Both the position numbers and the translations under genes were made by a program. A stretch of DNA of 64,000 nt from Verrucomicrobiota bacterium (GTDB taxonomy: Bacteria > Verrucomicrobiota > Verrucomicrobiia > Limisphaerales > CANJSG01). The notes beneath the pieces were generated by a model that worked only from the letters and a program-made list of their open reading frames with translations, had not been told where the DNA came from and did no database searches. The stretch spans positions 9,209-73,208 of the forward strand of contig JBBQXJ010000010.1 in assembly GCA_038209745.1 (NCBI GenBank). The letters run 5' to 3'. How positions within the stretch are numbered: position 1 is the stretch's first letter; each line of letters begins with the position of its first letter. Positions 18,601 to 27,452 of the stretch are shown in pieces.

Positions 18601-20103
18601 CAGCTTCGCGCCGTCGAAGAAGGCCGGATGTTCCGCCAGCAGCCGGTTCAGCCCGGCCAGATCGGCCACGATGTTCGCCGACGCGCCCCAGCGCATGCCG
18701 CGGCTCTGGTGCACCTCGACCTTTTCGTCGGCCAACCATTCCACGCCGCACGTGAAGCCGTAGGCGCCGCCGATGCTGGTCAACGCGCTCATCCGATTGC
18801 GCAGCAGCGACCACGCCCGGCCCTTGGCCGCGAGGCGGAGGTTGTCGTGCGTCTCGCTGTAGTGGACGAGCGTGCCGACGCGCGCGCTCTGCTTCATGGC
18901 GTGGTCGAGGTAGCCACCCACCTGCGAGCCGTTGAGCTCCTGGAAGAGTTCGCTGTAGGCCCATTGCATCCCGCCTTCGGTCAGCAAAGCCTCGGTCAAC
19001 ACCCAGGCGCCGCCCAAGCCCTCCAGCAGGAAGACCGTGTTCGGGAATTCCTCGCGCACCCGGGCCACGATGTATTGCCAGACGGGCATCGGGACCTTGT
19101 AGCCGGCGTCGCAGCGGAAGCCGTCCACGCCGCGCCGGCACCAGACGAGGAACGCCTCCGCCAGATGCTCCCAGAGCCCGATGTGGTGCGGTTCCAGCTC
19201 GACCAGATCGCCCCACTTCACGCCCCACGCGCCGGGGCTGGCGAACTCGCCGTCCTTCTCCCGCAGGAACCACTCGGGATGTTCGTTCCACAGCGTCGAG
19301 CCCCAGCCCGTGTGGTTGATGACGATGTCGACGTAGAGCCGCCCGCCCAGCCGATGCGTCTCGTCCGCCAGTTCGCAGAATTGATCCACCGCGTTCGTCC
19401 GCAGGTCGAACTCCACCAGCGCGGGGTCGATCGCCGTCATGTCCTGCGCGGCATAGGGACTGCCGAAGCGGCCCATCTTCGCAAAGACCGTCGGCGTCGG
19501 GTTCACCGGCAGGAGATGCAGGATGCGGCTGCCCAGCGTGCCGAGGATGTGCGGCAGTTCGCCCTTCAGATCCCGCAGCGTGCCCGACCTGGGAATCACG
19601 GAATAACCATCCTCCTCCATTTTCCGCAGCGTCGCCTCCAGCACGTCGTCGCGCGTGTGGTCCGCCGCTTTCGTCGCCCCGAACATCCGGGTGAAGGCGC
19701 AGTAGATCGTGCTCGCCGTCCGGGAATGGTCCGGGTGCACCGACAGGCCGAAGTCGTCCCCGTCCGGCCAATGCTGCCAGCCCTTTTCATCCACGAAGAA
19801 CGCCTTGTTCCGGAAGAAACCGACCTCGCCCAGCGGCAACGACACCTCGAACAGCTCTCGATCGCCCAAAGCGGACGGGGCCATCGCCACGTCGCGCCAG
19901 AAAGAGACGGACAACGGCCTCTTCCCAGCATAGGACGCGATGATCTCGCGCCGCAGCGTGGCCGCCTTGCCGAGATTCGTTCGGACAAACGCCTTCCCGC
20001 CCTCCGGCAACCCGCCCGGAATCCGCAGCTGGAAGACGATCCGGTCACCCACGAATCGGACAAGCCGTTCGCCCGTTGCTGGAAACATTTCGAGTCGAGC
20101 CAT
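15640..20103 (-). CDS. Glycogen debranching enzyme, GH13 transferase-like domain fused to GH133 amylo-alpha-1,6-glucosidase
   Basis: GSPYA, VINHT, GVDGFRCDAG, FLLEG, ETHDN (GH13); IAGYPWFLDWGRDT, TWMDT, YHNG, GCDAQAWS (GH133). Confidence 0.92.
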   Translation of the reverse strand: MARLEMFPATGERLVRFVGDRIVFQLRIPGGLPEGGKAFVRTNLGKAATLRREIIASYAGKRPLSVSFWRDVAMAPSALGDRELFEVSLPLGEVGFFRNKAFFVDEKGWQHWPDGDDFGLSVHPDHSRTASTIYCAFTRMFGATKAADHTRDDVLEATLRKMEEDGYSVIPRSGTLRDLKGELPHILGTLGSRILHLLPVNPTPTVFAKMGRFGSPYAAQDMTAIDPALVEFDLRTNAVDQFCELADETHRLGGRLYVDIVINHTGWGSTLWNEHPEWFLREKDGEFASPGAWGVKWGDLVELEPHHIGLWEHLAEAFLVWCRRGVDGFRCDAGYKVPMPVWQYIVARVREEFPNTVFLLEGLGGAWVLTEALLTEGGMQWAYSELFQELNGSQVGGYLDHAMKQSARVGTLVHYSETHDNLRLAAKGRAWSLLRNRMSALTSIGGAYGFTCGVEWLADEKVEVHQSRGMRWGASANIVADLAGLNRLLAEHPAFFDGAKLTRLSPPGAPVYALRRDSADGQDSVLVLINTDPAAEYGLELTAETLAFLGKSPVNLLDDDAGAHPSRIPSGEESVFHQTVTNSGKVLLNLRPAGTVCLAGSATIMGLSGDAYRGVRARAALAAESLAAVLMPEALPCWDAAEIAEAVDDDAVGFFAAVSQLISSGSGPDTAAGAIGSSLRSWLDRSASLFPSVVLWTPADVRRVTPVPPGHWVVLKDSRPFRATLQIPAVSHLPRPHLDLCPTLHLESVPVRDGHIAVVPPSFHAGATRGGAMEAPASVSLVRFGDPVSRLKADWILLADRPGFSGEFDVTSPASEQATVLLTNGRGGMARMAVDLGRVFSKYDCLLGANLDAELPVDRHVFAKRVRAWINTDGFITALDLQNLASFKPGPPAVWTFRAHAGDERTVDVQLTADMIEGQNTVVLRFNRRPGCRAISVRLTLRVDVEDRSFHSQTEHNEGAEHHFRSHIQPFKDRPGFAFTPAADRFFRVYADGGTFFPGEEWSACKHPVEETRGQVGHGDAYSPGWFDLPLAAEGSAMLVLTAEAADPSPETCHQASTMREAEDRVAVERAGVESHDGLGRQLAIASRAFVVRRGVGKSVIAGYPWFLDWGRDTLIAARGLLAGGGLQTVTEILITFGRFVENGTLPNTIHGDNASNRDTSDAPLWYGVVAEETADFIRKTSGDAEVARFYAEHVDEQGRTITEVLREIASGYLRGTPNGIRVDPASALVWSPSHFTWMDTNFPAGTPRAGYPVEIEALWIRLLKQLDRLDAAPANEPWGILAERARLKVDELFWVADKGWFGDCLIGPPGKPAAECVVDQVLRSNMLFLVGLGLVTGPKARTSVEAARQWLVVPGSLRSLAPLPATPPHAVYGNDGRLLNDPANPYWDRYEGDEDTRRKPAYHNGTTWGWTLPVFCEALALAYGESPEAVAAARAYLGGVARLLNEGCLGQLPEIMDGDAPHALRGCDAQAWSVTEALRVWKKLAK

Positions 20104-20497
20104 AGGAAGTGTGCCCGGAGTCTAGGGAGGCAAGGGCCGATGGCGAAGGCGGATTCGGAGAAAGTGCGGCGCACAATGACTGGCCACGTTTCCGGGCGTC
20201 ATCGACCCGGATTCGTCTTGCGGCCGTTCGCCCAATCCTCAAGTGCCGCCAAAAGAACGACCGGACGCCTCGACCCAATGTCACACCGGCAAAGAGTCGC
20301 GACCCTTTGTCTGGGACCGTAGAGGTCCGCCGGCCCCTCGGCCCAAAGCCAGGAAACATGGATCGAGCGGAAAACAACTTCGTCCGAGGAGCGGAGTTCG
20401 CCGGTCCGGGAGCGTAGGTCGGACTGACGTCGTCCTCTGAAACCCGAATTGCATTCCGCTTCCGGAACGCCGTCGCGACTGCTAATTCCTCCGTCCC

Positions 20498-21652
20498 ATG
20501 ACCGTTGCTGAAATCCTGTCGAACGAAGAGCTGCGCCAACACGAATTTCCCGTCACCCGCGAGGGCGCCTTTCTGGCCCATGCCGGGGTCGCTCCCCTGC
20601 CCCGCCGGGTCGCGGAGGCCGTGACCCGCTACGCCACCGCCTGCACGCTCGGTGACCAGGAGGACATGATGCCCTCCGGTCTGATCCAGAAGACCCGCCT
20701 GCTCGCCGCCGATCTCATCGGTGCGCGGCCCGACGAGATCAGCCTCGTCGGCCCCACTTCGCTCGGACTGAGCTTCGTCGCCGCCGGCCTCGATTTCCGC
20801 AAGACCGACAACGTCCTCGTCTACCACGACGACTATCCCTCGAACGTCTATCCGTGGATGGCGCTGGCGGCGCGCGGCGTGCAGGTGCGGTTCCTCAAGG
20901 TGAAGGAACTCGGGCAGATCCGCCCGATCGACGTGGCGTCGCACATCGATGAAAACACCCGCCTCGTCGCCCTGGCCTCCTGCCATTTCGTCTCGGGCTG
21001 GCGACCCGCCATCGCCGACATCGGACGCGTGCTGCGGGCCCGGAAAATCTTCTTCTGCGTGGACGGCATCCAGACGCTCGGAGCCTTTCCGACCCCGGCG
21101 GAGAACGTCGATTTCATCGCGGCCGACGCGCACAAGTGGCTGCTGGGTCCGCTCGCGGCGGGCATCCTCTATGTGCGGAAGGAAGTGCAGGAGAAGCTGA
21201 AGCCCGTCGTCCACGGCTGGGCCAACGTGAGCTGCCCCGACTATGTGGCCCAGGCGCACCTCCAGTTCCAGAGCGGCGGTCGCCGCTACGAAGCCGGCTC
21301 CGCCAACGTCCTCGGCATCGCCGGCCTGCATGCTTCGCTGGAGCTGTTGACCGAGCTGGGCACCGGGGCGATCACGGCCGAACTGCTGCGCAAACGCGCC
21401 CTTCTCGTTCCCGCGCTCCAGGCCAAGGGCTTCAACGTGCTCTGCGCGGATGCGCCCGCCGAGAACGCCTCGGGCATCGTCAGCTTCTGGAAGGAAGGCA
21501 CGGATCTGCCCGCGCTCTGGGCCAGGCTGAACGAGGCGAAGATCATCGTCTCCCTGCGCAAGGACCGCACCGGCCGCCACTACCTCCGCGTCTCGCCCCA
21601 CTTCTACAATACGGACGCCGAGCTGCACCGGATGTTGGAGCAGTTGAACTGA
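20498..21652 (+). CDS. Aminotransferase class V PLP-dependent enzyme
   Basis: VDGIQ, ADAHKWLLGP (PLP Lys), RYEAGS and LRVSPHFYN motifs. Confidence 0.9.
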   Translation: MTVAEILSNEELRQHEFPVTREGAFLAHAGVAPLPRRVAEAVTRYATACTLGDQEDMMPSGLIQKTRLLAADLIGARPDEISLVGPTSLGLSFVAAGLDFRKTDNVLVYHDDYPSNVYPWMALAARGVQVRFLKVKELGQIRPIDVASHIDENTRLVALASCHFVSGWRPAIADIGRVLRARKIFFCVDGIQTLGAFPTPAENVDFIAADAHKWLLGPLAAGILYVRKEVQEKLKPVVHGWANVSCPDYVAQAHLQFQSGGRRYEAGSANVLGIAGLHASLELLTELGTGAITAELLRKRALLVPALQAKGFNVLCADAPAENASGIVSFWKEGTDLPALWARLNEAKIIVSLRKDRTGRHYLRVSPHFYNTDAELHRMLEQLN

Positions 21653-21789
21653 GCGCCGCAGCTCGCGTCGGCGGCCGGGGGAAAAAAGGACGCGTGCCGA
21701 AAGACGCGCCCCCTGTGTCCCGACTCGCACGAAACCCGGGAACTTTTTCGGACACCGCTGAATCGATCGCCCGCCGAACGGTCCGCACC

Positions 21790-21818
21790 TTGTCTTGGAG
21801 AATGTCTCCCGCTAATAT
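21790..21818 (+). promoter_or_regulatory. Sigma70-like promoter
   Basis: TTGTCT-N17-TAATAT, ending 8 nt before the GTG start at 21827. Confidence 0.5.
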
Positions 21819-21826
21819 TTCCGAAA

Positions 21827-22507
21827 GTGGACACCAGTAATTTCCAACTGCGCAGAGCGACATCCGACGACCTTCCAGCTCTCGTAGCGGTCTGGCGCGA
21901 GGTGGGCTTGGCGCCCGCGGATCTGGAACCCTCGTTCACCGAGTTCCAGCTCGTTGTCGGACCGGAAGGCGAGCTGGCCGCAGCCATCGCCCTGAAGATC
22001 CACCAGGGCAACGGCCTGCTGCACAGCGAATGCCTGCCCGACTTCTCCCTCGCCGAGCGGCTCCGCCCGTTGCTCTGGCAAAGGATCCTCCAGGTAGCGA
22101 CCAACCATGGCTTGAACCGGATCTGGACCCAGGAATCCGCCCCGTTCTGGAAGCAGTTGGAATTCGTCCAGCCCGACGGGGGGCAGATCGCAGCGCTGCC
22201 GGACGCTTTTCGCATCAAGGCAGGGGCTTGGCAGGTGCTTCCGCTGAAGAGCGAGGAGGACCTCAAGCGGGTCGACCGCGAGTTCGAGGTGTTTCTCCAA
22301 CAGGGCAGGGCCAAAGCCGAAGAGATGAAGTCCCAGGGACGGCTCCTTTACTGGATCGCCATCCTGATCGCCCTGTCGCTCTTCGTCTTCGTGCTCATCG
22401 GCGCTTTCCGCACCATGAGCCGAAACAAGACCCAAGGAAGAGGCCCCGTCCCCGCGTCTCAGGAGCCGGCGGTCGGGGCCAGCGCCAATCGCTCCAGCGC
22501 GGCATAG
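21827..22507 (+). CDS. GNAT-like domain protein with C-terminal TM helix
   Basis: LRRATSDDLPAL GNAT-like start; single TM WIAILIALSLFVFVLIGAF. Confidence 0.7.
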   Translation: MDTSNFQLRRATSDDLPALVAVWREVGLAPADLEPSFTEFQLVVGPEGELAAAIALKIHQGNGLLHSECLPDFSLAERLRPLLWQRILQVATNHGLNRIWTQESAPFWKQLEFVQPDGGQIAALPDAFRIKAGAWQVLPLKSEEDLKRVDREFEVFLQQGRAKAEEMKSQGRLLYWIAILIALSLFVFVLIGAFRTMSRNKTQGRGPVPASQEPAVGASANRSSAA

Positions 22508-23127
22508 AGCAGACCCGTATCGGAGAAGTGTTCCACGGCGCCGGCCGTGACGATCCCGAAGCCAAAGCCGTAGGCCGCCCCGTTGGCCACGCACGCGTCG
22601 GTCGAGCAATCCGCCAATTGTCGCCGCGCCAGCGCCACGACGGAGGGCCGGTCGCCGTCCATTTCATACTTCCAGCCCACCAACCGCGCCGCTGGATACA
22701 TCCCGCGCAGGGCGGCGATCAATTTTGGCGTCGGCACCAACTCGGCCAACAAGGTTCCTTCGCGGGTGGAAAGTTTGCCCGACTTGATTTCAGTCAGCCC
22801 GTTTTCAGGAGCACCCGAAAAAACCCGGCCAAATGAGAAGTCGCTGACGGCCGCCGCATGGAACACCGCGTCCACCCCGGTGCCGGCCAAGGACCGGAAC
22901 TGCTCCTTCAGATTGCGCGTGGAGGTGAACCCCCGGACCTCGCAGGCCCGGGTTTCCCCTCCATACGTGGCGGACTCGCCTTTCAACAGGACCACGTCGT
23001 GGCCCCGGTCGTGGAGGAAGGTCGCGAGCCGGCAGCCCAGTTTACCGGTGGAAAAGTTGGTCAGCCGCCGGACATCGTCCAGCGACTCGAAGGTGGGCCC
23101 GGCAGTGACGACACAACGCAGCGACAT
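22459..23127 (-). CDS. coaB: Stand-alone phosphopantothenate--cysteine ligase (CoaB/DFP domain)
   Basis: TAGPTFESLDDVRRLTNFSTGKLG, HAAAVSDF and LVGWKYE motifs; no CoaC domain. Confidence 0.85.
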   Translation of the reverse strand: MSLRCVVTAGPTFESLDDVRRLTNFSTGKLGCRLATFLHDRGHDVVLLKGESATYGGETRACEVRGFTSTRNLKEQFRSLAGTGVDAVFHAAAVSDFSFGRVFSGAPENGLTEIKSGKLSTREGTLLAELVPTPKLIAALRGMYPAARLVGWKYEMDGDRPSVVALARRQLADCSTDACVANGAAYGFGFGIVTAGAVEHFSDTGLLYAALERLALAPTAGS

Positions 23128-23327
23128 CGCGCACAGCCTTGGCCGACCCGACTATCGGAGGCAAGCCGGACAGATCGGGTCTCTTCCTTGGATCTTAGGA
23201 TTTCCCCGCGTAACGGACCCGAAAACCCCGCGTCTCTTGCGCGGGCCTGAGATTTTGAATGAACGCTGGGAAAATCCGTCCGAACCAGCTAGAAGTCCGG
23301 CCGAGCACGACCCATCCTTAACGCGCC

Positions 23328-23762
23328 ATGAACACCTTCACCAAAACCTTCCTGTCGGCCGCCATCGCGGCCACCACGTTGACGGCCTTCGCCGCAGAGC
23401 ACGCCAAAGAAGAGCACGCCAAGCCCGACCTGACCAAGCTGCCTCCCGCAGCTGCCACGACGGGCCTAACCTTCGAGAAAGACATCAAGGCGATGCTCGA
23501 AAAGTCCTGCCATAAGTGCCACAGCGGCGATCGGCCCAAGAGCAAGTATTCGATGGAATCGCTGGAGACGATCATCAAGGGCGGCAAGGAAGGAAAGGGA
23601 ATCGTCCCCGGCAAGAGCACCGAGAGCCCGGTCCTCCTCTACGCCGCCGAAACAGTCGAGGAAATGGAGATGCCCCCGCTCGACAAGCGTGAAAAGTTCC
23701 CCGCCCTGACCAAGGAACAGCTCGGCACCCTCCGCGCCTGGATCGATCAGGGAGCGAAGTAA
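23328..23762 (+). CDS. Secreted monoheme cytochrome c (Planctomycete cytochrome C type)
   Basis: Signal peptide; F..DIK..LEKSCHKCH; IVPGKS.ES; MPP; WIDQGA. Confidence 0.9.
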   Translation: MNTFTKTFLSAAIAATTLTAFAAEHAKEEHAKPDLTKLPPAAATTGLTFEKDIKAMLEKSCHKCHSGDRPKSKYSMESLETIIKGGKEGKGIVPGKSTESPVLLYAAETVEEMEMPPLDKREKFPALTKEQLGTLRAWIDQGAK

Positions 23763-23777
23763 TGCCCGACCGGCTTC

Positions 23778-23812
23778 AAAAAGGCGACGGCTTCCGAGCC
23801 GTCGCCTTTTTT
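23778..23812. terminator. Bidirectional intrinsic terminator
   Basis: aaaaaggcgacggct-tccg-agccgtcgcctttttt perfect stem with A and T tails. Confidence 0.9.
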
Positions 23813-23895
23813 CATGCCCCGGATGGATCGAGTCCGGCATCCCGCACTTGAGCTTCACCGATTTCCCGCCAACTTGCCTCGCCAGCCAAAACGTC

Positions 23896-26535
23896 GTGAA
23901 CCCGTTTCCGCCCAATCCATCCGCCGACTCCTCCGCGCCGACCGCTCCATCGTCGGTTCGCCGATTCGCCGCCTGGTGCCTTGCCTGCCTCCTGTTGGCC
24001 GCCGTCTCCGGTCAAGCGGCGTCGCACGACCTTGCGGCGACCCGGAATCTTTTCCTCGCCGGCGAATACCAAAAGGTCATTCCCGCCGCCAAGGCCGCCA
24101 TCGCCGAGAACTACCGGCAAGACGAATGGAGCCGCCTGCTCTGCCTGTCCCTGCTCAAGACCGGCCAGTATCCGGAGGCGGTCACCGTCGTTTCCAACGC
24201 GCTCAACACCTACCGCTTCAGCATCCCGCTGCGCAGGGTCGCGCACGACGTCTACCAGTCCGTGGGCCGCACCCAGGACGCGCTTGAAAATCTCCGCTAC
24301 GTCAACGAGCTCATCCAGTCCCGCTCCTCCATCAACGGCACTCCGGAGACCCTCGCCACCATCGGCCGCGCGCTGCTGATCCTCGGCGCCGATCCCAAGG
24401 ACGTGCTCGACAAGATCTACCAGCAGGCGGCCAAACAGGACCCGGAAGCCCGAGAACCCCGCCTCGCCATCGGCGAACTCGCCTTGTCGAAGAAGGACTA
24501 CGCCCTCGCCGCCAAGACCTTTACCGAAGGCACCAAAAAGTTCCCCACCGACGCCGACTTCTTCTACGGTCTCGCCGCGTCGCAGGAATCCGACGATCGG
24601 GGCGCCATGTTGGAAGCGCTCGCCCAGGCCCTCGCCCTCAATCCCAACCACGACCGCGCCCGCCTCCTGCTCGCCGACCACGCCATCGCCGCCGAGGAAT
24701 ACGAAGAAGCCGACAAGCAGCTCGACAAGGCGATCGCCGTAAATCCATGGCAGCCCGAAGCCTGGGCCTACCGCGCCGTCCTCGCCCATCTCCGCAACCA
24801 GCCCGACAAGGAACGCGACGCCCGCCAGTCCGCCCTCCATTGGTGGACCAACAATCCCGCAGTGGACCATCTCATCGGCACCCAGCTTTCGCAGAAATAC
24901 CGCTTCGCCGAAGGCGCGGACCACCAGCGGCAGGCACTGGCTTTCGATCCTGGGTTCGTCCCGGCCAAGATCCAGCTCGCCCAGGATCTCCTCCGCCTCG
25001 GCCAAACCACCGCCGGCTGGGAACTGGTCGAAGAGGCCCACAAAGCGGACCAATACGACGTCGAGTCCTTCAACCTCGCGACCTTGAAGGATTCGATGAC
25101 GAAGTTCGCCACCCTGACCAACGAGTTCTTCGTCGTCCGCATGTCGCAGCATGAAGCCGCCGTCTATGGCGACCGCGTCATGTCGCTCCTCGACCGCGCC
25201 CGCACGAATCTCTGCGCGAAATACGGCCTGGATCTGCAAGGCCCGGTCACCGTCGAAATCTTCCCGGACCAGCGCGACTTCGGCGTCCGCACCTTCGGCA
25301 TGCCGCACAATCCGGGCTTCCTCGGCGTCTGTTTTGGCAAGGTCATCACCGCCAACAGCCCCGCCTCCAGCGGCGGCAATCCATCGAACTGGGAAGCGGT
25401 TCTCTGGCACGAGTTCTGTCACGTCGTCACCCTGACGATCACCAAGAACAAGATGCCGCGCTGGCTGAGCGAGGGCATCTCCGTCTACGAGGAACTCCAG
25501 GCGAATCCGACCTGGGGCCAGCACATGACCCCCGCCTATCGGAAGATGGTTCTCGGCGACAAGTTCACCCCGTTGAGCGAATTGAGCGGCGCGTTCCTCA
25601 CCGCCCAGGACGGACAGGCCCTCCAGTTCGCCTACTACGAATCCGCGCTCGCCGTGGAGTTCCTTTCCACCCGCTACGGCACACCGGCGGTGCGCGAGAT
25701 CCTCCGAGATCTCGGCACCGGCACCGAGATCAACAAAGCCATCGCCGCCCATACCGCGCCCATGGGAACCGTGGAAAAGGAGTTCGCCGCCTTCGCCAAA
25801 GAACGCGCCGAGAAGCTCGCGCCGGAACTGGAGTTCGACGAACCCAAGGCCGACGTGCCGATGACATCCGAAATGCTGGCCCAGCTTCATCCGAAGAACT
25901 TCTACATCCTCGGGCAACAGGCCCGCGCGTTGCTCCAGGCGGAAAAGTGGAACGACGCCCTCGTGCCGTTGCTGAAGCTTCGGGGCGCCTATCCAAGCCA
26001 GACGGGGAACGACAGCGCGCTGGCCCTGATGGCGGTCGCCTATCGTGGTCTCGACGAAACGAACAACGAACAGCGCGTCCTCGAACAGCGCGCCAATATC
26101 GACACCACCGCCATCGAAGCCTTCTCGCGCCTGATGACTCTGGCCGCCGAGCGCCAGGACTGGCCCGAGGTCCGCCTCAACGCCCAGCGCTATATCGCGG
26201 TCAACCCCCTGGCACCCGAAGCCCGCAGGCGACTCGGCGAGGCGTTGGACGCCCTCGACCAACCGGCGGCCGCCGCTGCGGAATGGATGGCGTATCTCGC
26301 CTTGAAGCCCGCCGACCTGTCCGAAGCGAAGTATCGCGTCGCCCGGTCGCTCCATCGGGCCGGTGCCTCCCAAAGGGCCAAGGTTTTCGCCCTCGCCGCG
26401 ATCGAGGAGACTCCGCGTTATCGGGATGCGTTGACGCTGTTGGAGGAGATCTTCCGGGTCGCGCCACCAGGAACTCCGATCCTGATTGAAAAACCGGAAA
26501 CGGACGTCGTCCCTCGAAAGGCATTCGTTTTCTAA
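23896..26535 (+). CDS. Exported TPR-repeat protein with central peptidase MA-like (HEXXH) domain
   Basis: Signal-like hydrophobic stretch; many TPR helices; LWHEFCHVV...PRWLSEGISVYEE gluzincin motif; start uncertain (23848-23960). Confidence 0.85.
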   Translation: MNPFPPNPSADSSAPTAPSSVRRFAAWCLACLLLAAVSGQAASHDLAATRNLFLAGEYQKVIPAAKAAIAENYRQDEWSRLLCLSLLKTGQYPEAVTVVSNALNTYRFSIPLRRVAHDVYQSVGRTQDALENLRYVNELIQSRSSINGTPETLATIGRALLILGADPKDVLDKIYQQAAKQDPEAREPRLAIGELALSKKDYALAAKTFTEGTKKFPTDADFFYGLAASQESDDRGAMLEALAQALALNPNHDRARLLLADHAIAAEEYEEADKQLDKAIAVNPWQPEAWAYRAVLAHLRNQPDKERDARQSALHWWTNNPAVDHLIGTQLSQKYRFAEGADHQRQALAFDPGFVPAKIQLAQDLLRLGQTTAGWELVEEAHKADQYDVESFNLATLKDSMTKFATLTNEFFVVRMSQHEAAVYGDRVMSLLDRARTNLCAKYGLDLQGPVTVEIFPDQRDFGVRTFGMPHNPGFLGVCFGKVITANSPASSGGNPSNWEAVLWHEFCHVVTLTITKNKMPRWLSEGISVYEELQANPTWGQHMTPAYRKMVLGDKFTPLSELSGAFLTAQDGQALQFAYYESALAVEFLSTRYGTPAVREILRDLGTGTEINKAIAAHTAPMGTVEKEFAAFAKERAEKLAPELEFDEPKADVPMTSEMLAQLHPKNFYILGQQARALLQAEKWNDALVPLLKLRGAYPSQTGNDSALALMAVAYRGLDETNNEQRVLEQRANIDTTAIEAFSRLMTLAAERQDWPEVRLNAQRYIAVNPLAPEARRRLGEALDALDQPAAAAAEWMAYLALKPADLSEAKYRVARSLHRAGASQRAKVFALAAIEETPRYRDALTLLEEIFRVAPPGTPILIEKPETDVVPRKAFVF

Positions 26536-26546
26536 ACCCATTTGCC

Positions 26547-27416
26547 ATGAAACGCCGCCTCGCCCGCTTCGCCCTCTTCGCCGCCATCCTCGGCAGCGCT
26601 TGGTTGGCGGTTGCCCAATGGGGCGGCCCGCGCCGCGGCGGCGGCCTTCGATCCTTTCCCCAAGACTCGGGACGTCCCCCGCAATGGGAGAATCCCCAGG
26701 CCTTCAAGCGCGACGTCTTCACCTTTGCGCGCATCGAATACGACCACGGGGGCTACGGAGGACGCGGTGGCTGGGACACGGACTACGAAGGCTACGGTCA
26801 AGCCGAGCTGAACCTCGGGTTCCGCCTCCAGCAGATGACTTCGCTCAAGGTCGACGACCGCACCATGGGCAAGACGCTCCGTCTGACCGATAGGGAACTC
26901 GGCGACTATCCTTTCATCTACATCGTCGAGGCCGGCGCGCTCTATCTGGGCGACGACGAGGCCGCCGCGCTGCGCAAGCATCTGCTCAACGGCGGCTTCC
27001 TCATGATCGACGACTTCTGGGGGGAACCCGATTGGCGCAACATGGCGGATGAAGTGAAAAAAGCTTTCCCGGACAAGGAATGGATCGATCTCCCGGCGGA
27101 CCACCCGATCTTCAACGGCATCTTCAAACTGGATAAGACCAAGATCCAGACCCCCAACATCGGCCTCGGCATGCAGAGTCTGGATCCCGGCAGCGGCTAT
27201 TTCGGCGTCACGTGGGAACGCGAGGATGCGCGCGAGGTCCACTTCCGCGCCCTCTTCGACGACAAGGGCCGGATCATGGCGCTGGCCTGCCACAACACCG
27301 ACAACGGCGACGGCTGGGAACAGGAGGGCGCGGCCATCGAGTTCTTCCGCGAGTTCTCCGAGAAGAAGAACTACCCGCTCATGATCAACATCCTCTTCTA
27401 CACGATGACCCACTGA
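26547..27416 (+). CDS. DUF4159-domain exported protein (copy 1)
   Basis: Signal peptide; FTFARIEY, YPFIYIVE, NGGFLMIDDFWG and HNTDNGDGWE motifs. Confidence 0.88.
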   Translation: MKRRLARFALFAAILGSAWLAVAQWGGPRRGGGLRSFPQDSGRPPQWENPQAFKRDVFTFARIEYDHGGYGGRGGWDTDYEGYGQAELNLGFRLQQMTSLKVDDRTMGKTLRLTDRELGDYPFIYIVEAGALYLGDDEAAALRKHLLNGGFLMIDDFWGEPDWRNMADEVKKAFPDKEWIDLPADHPIFNGIFKLDKTKIQTPNIGLGMQSLDPGSGYFGVTWEREDAREVHFRALFDDKGRIMALACHNTDNGDGWEQEGAAIEFFREFSEKKNYPLMINILFYTMTH

Positions 27417-27452
27417 CCGGGGCCGTCCCACCCCCCCCGCCCCTACACCACT

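Noticed and set aside
23812..26541. 909-aa antisense ORF (similarly 15496-18117 +, 35624-38164 -, 26532-28442 -, 20045-21730 -)
   Set aside because: Shadow ORFs that mirror real genes; expected from high GC3 and lacking any recognisable motifs
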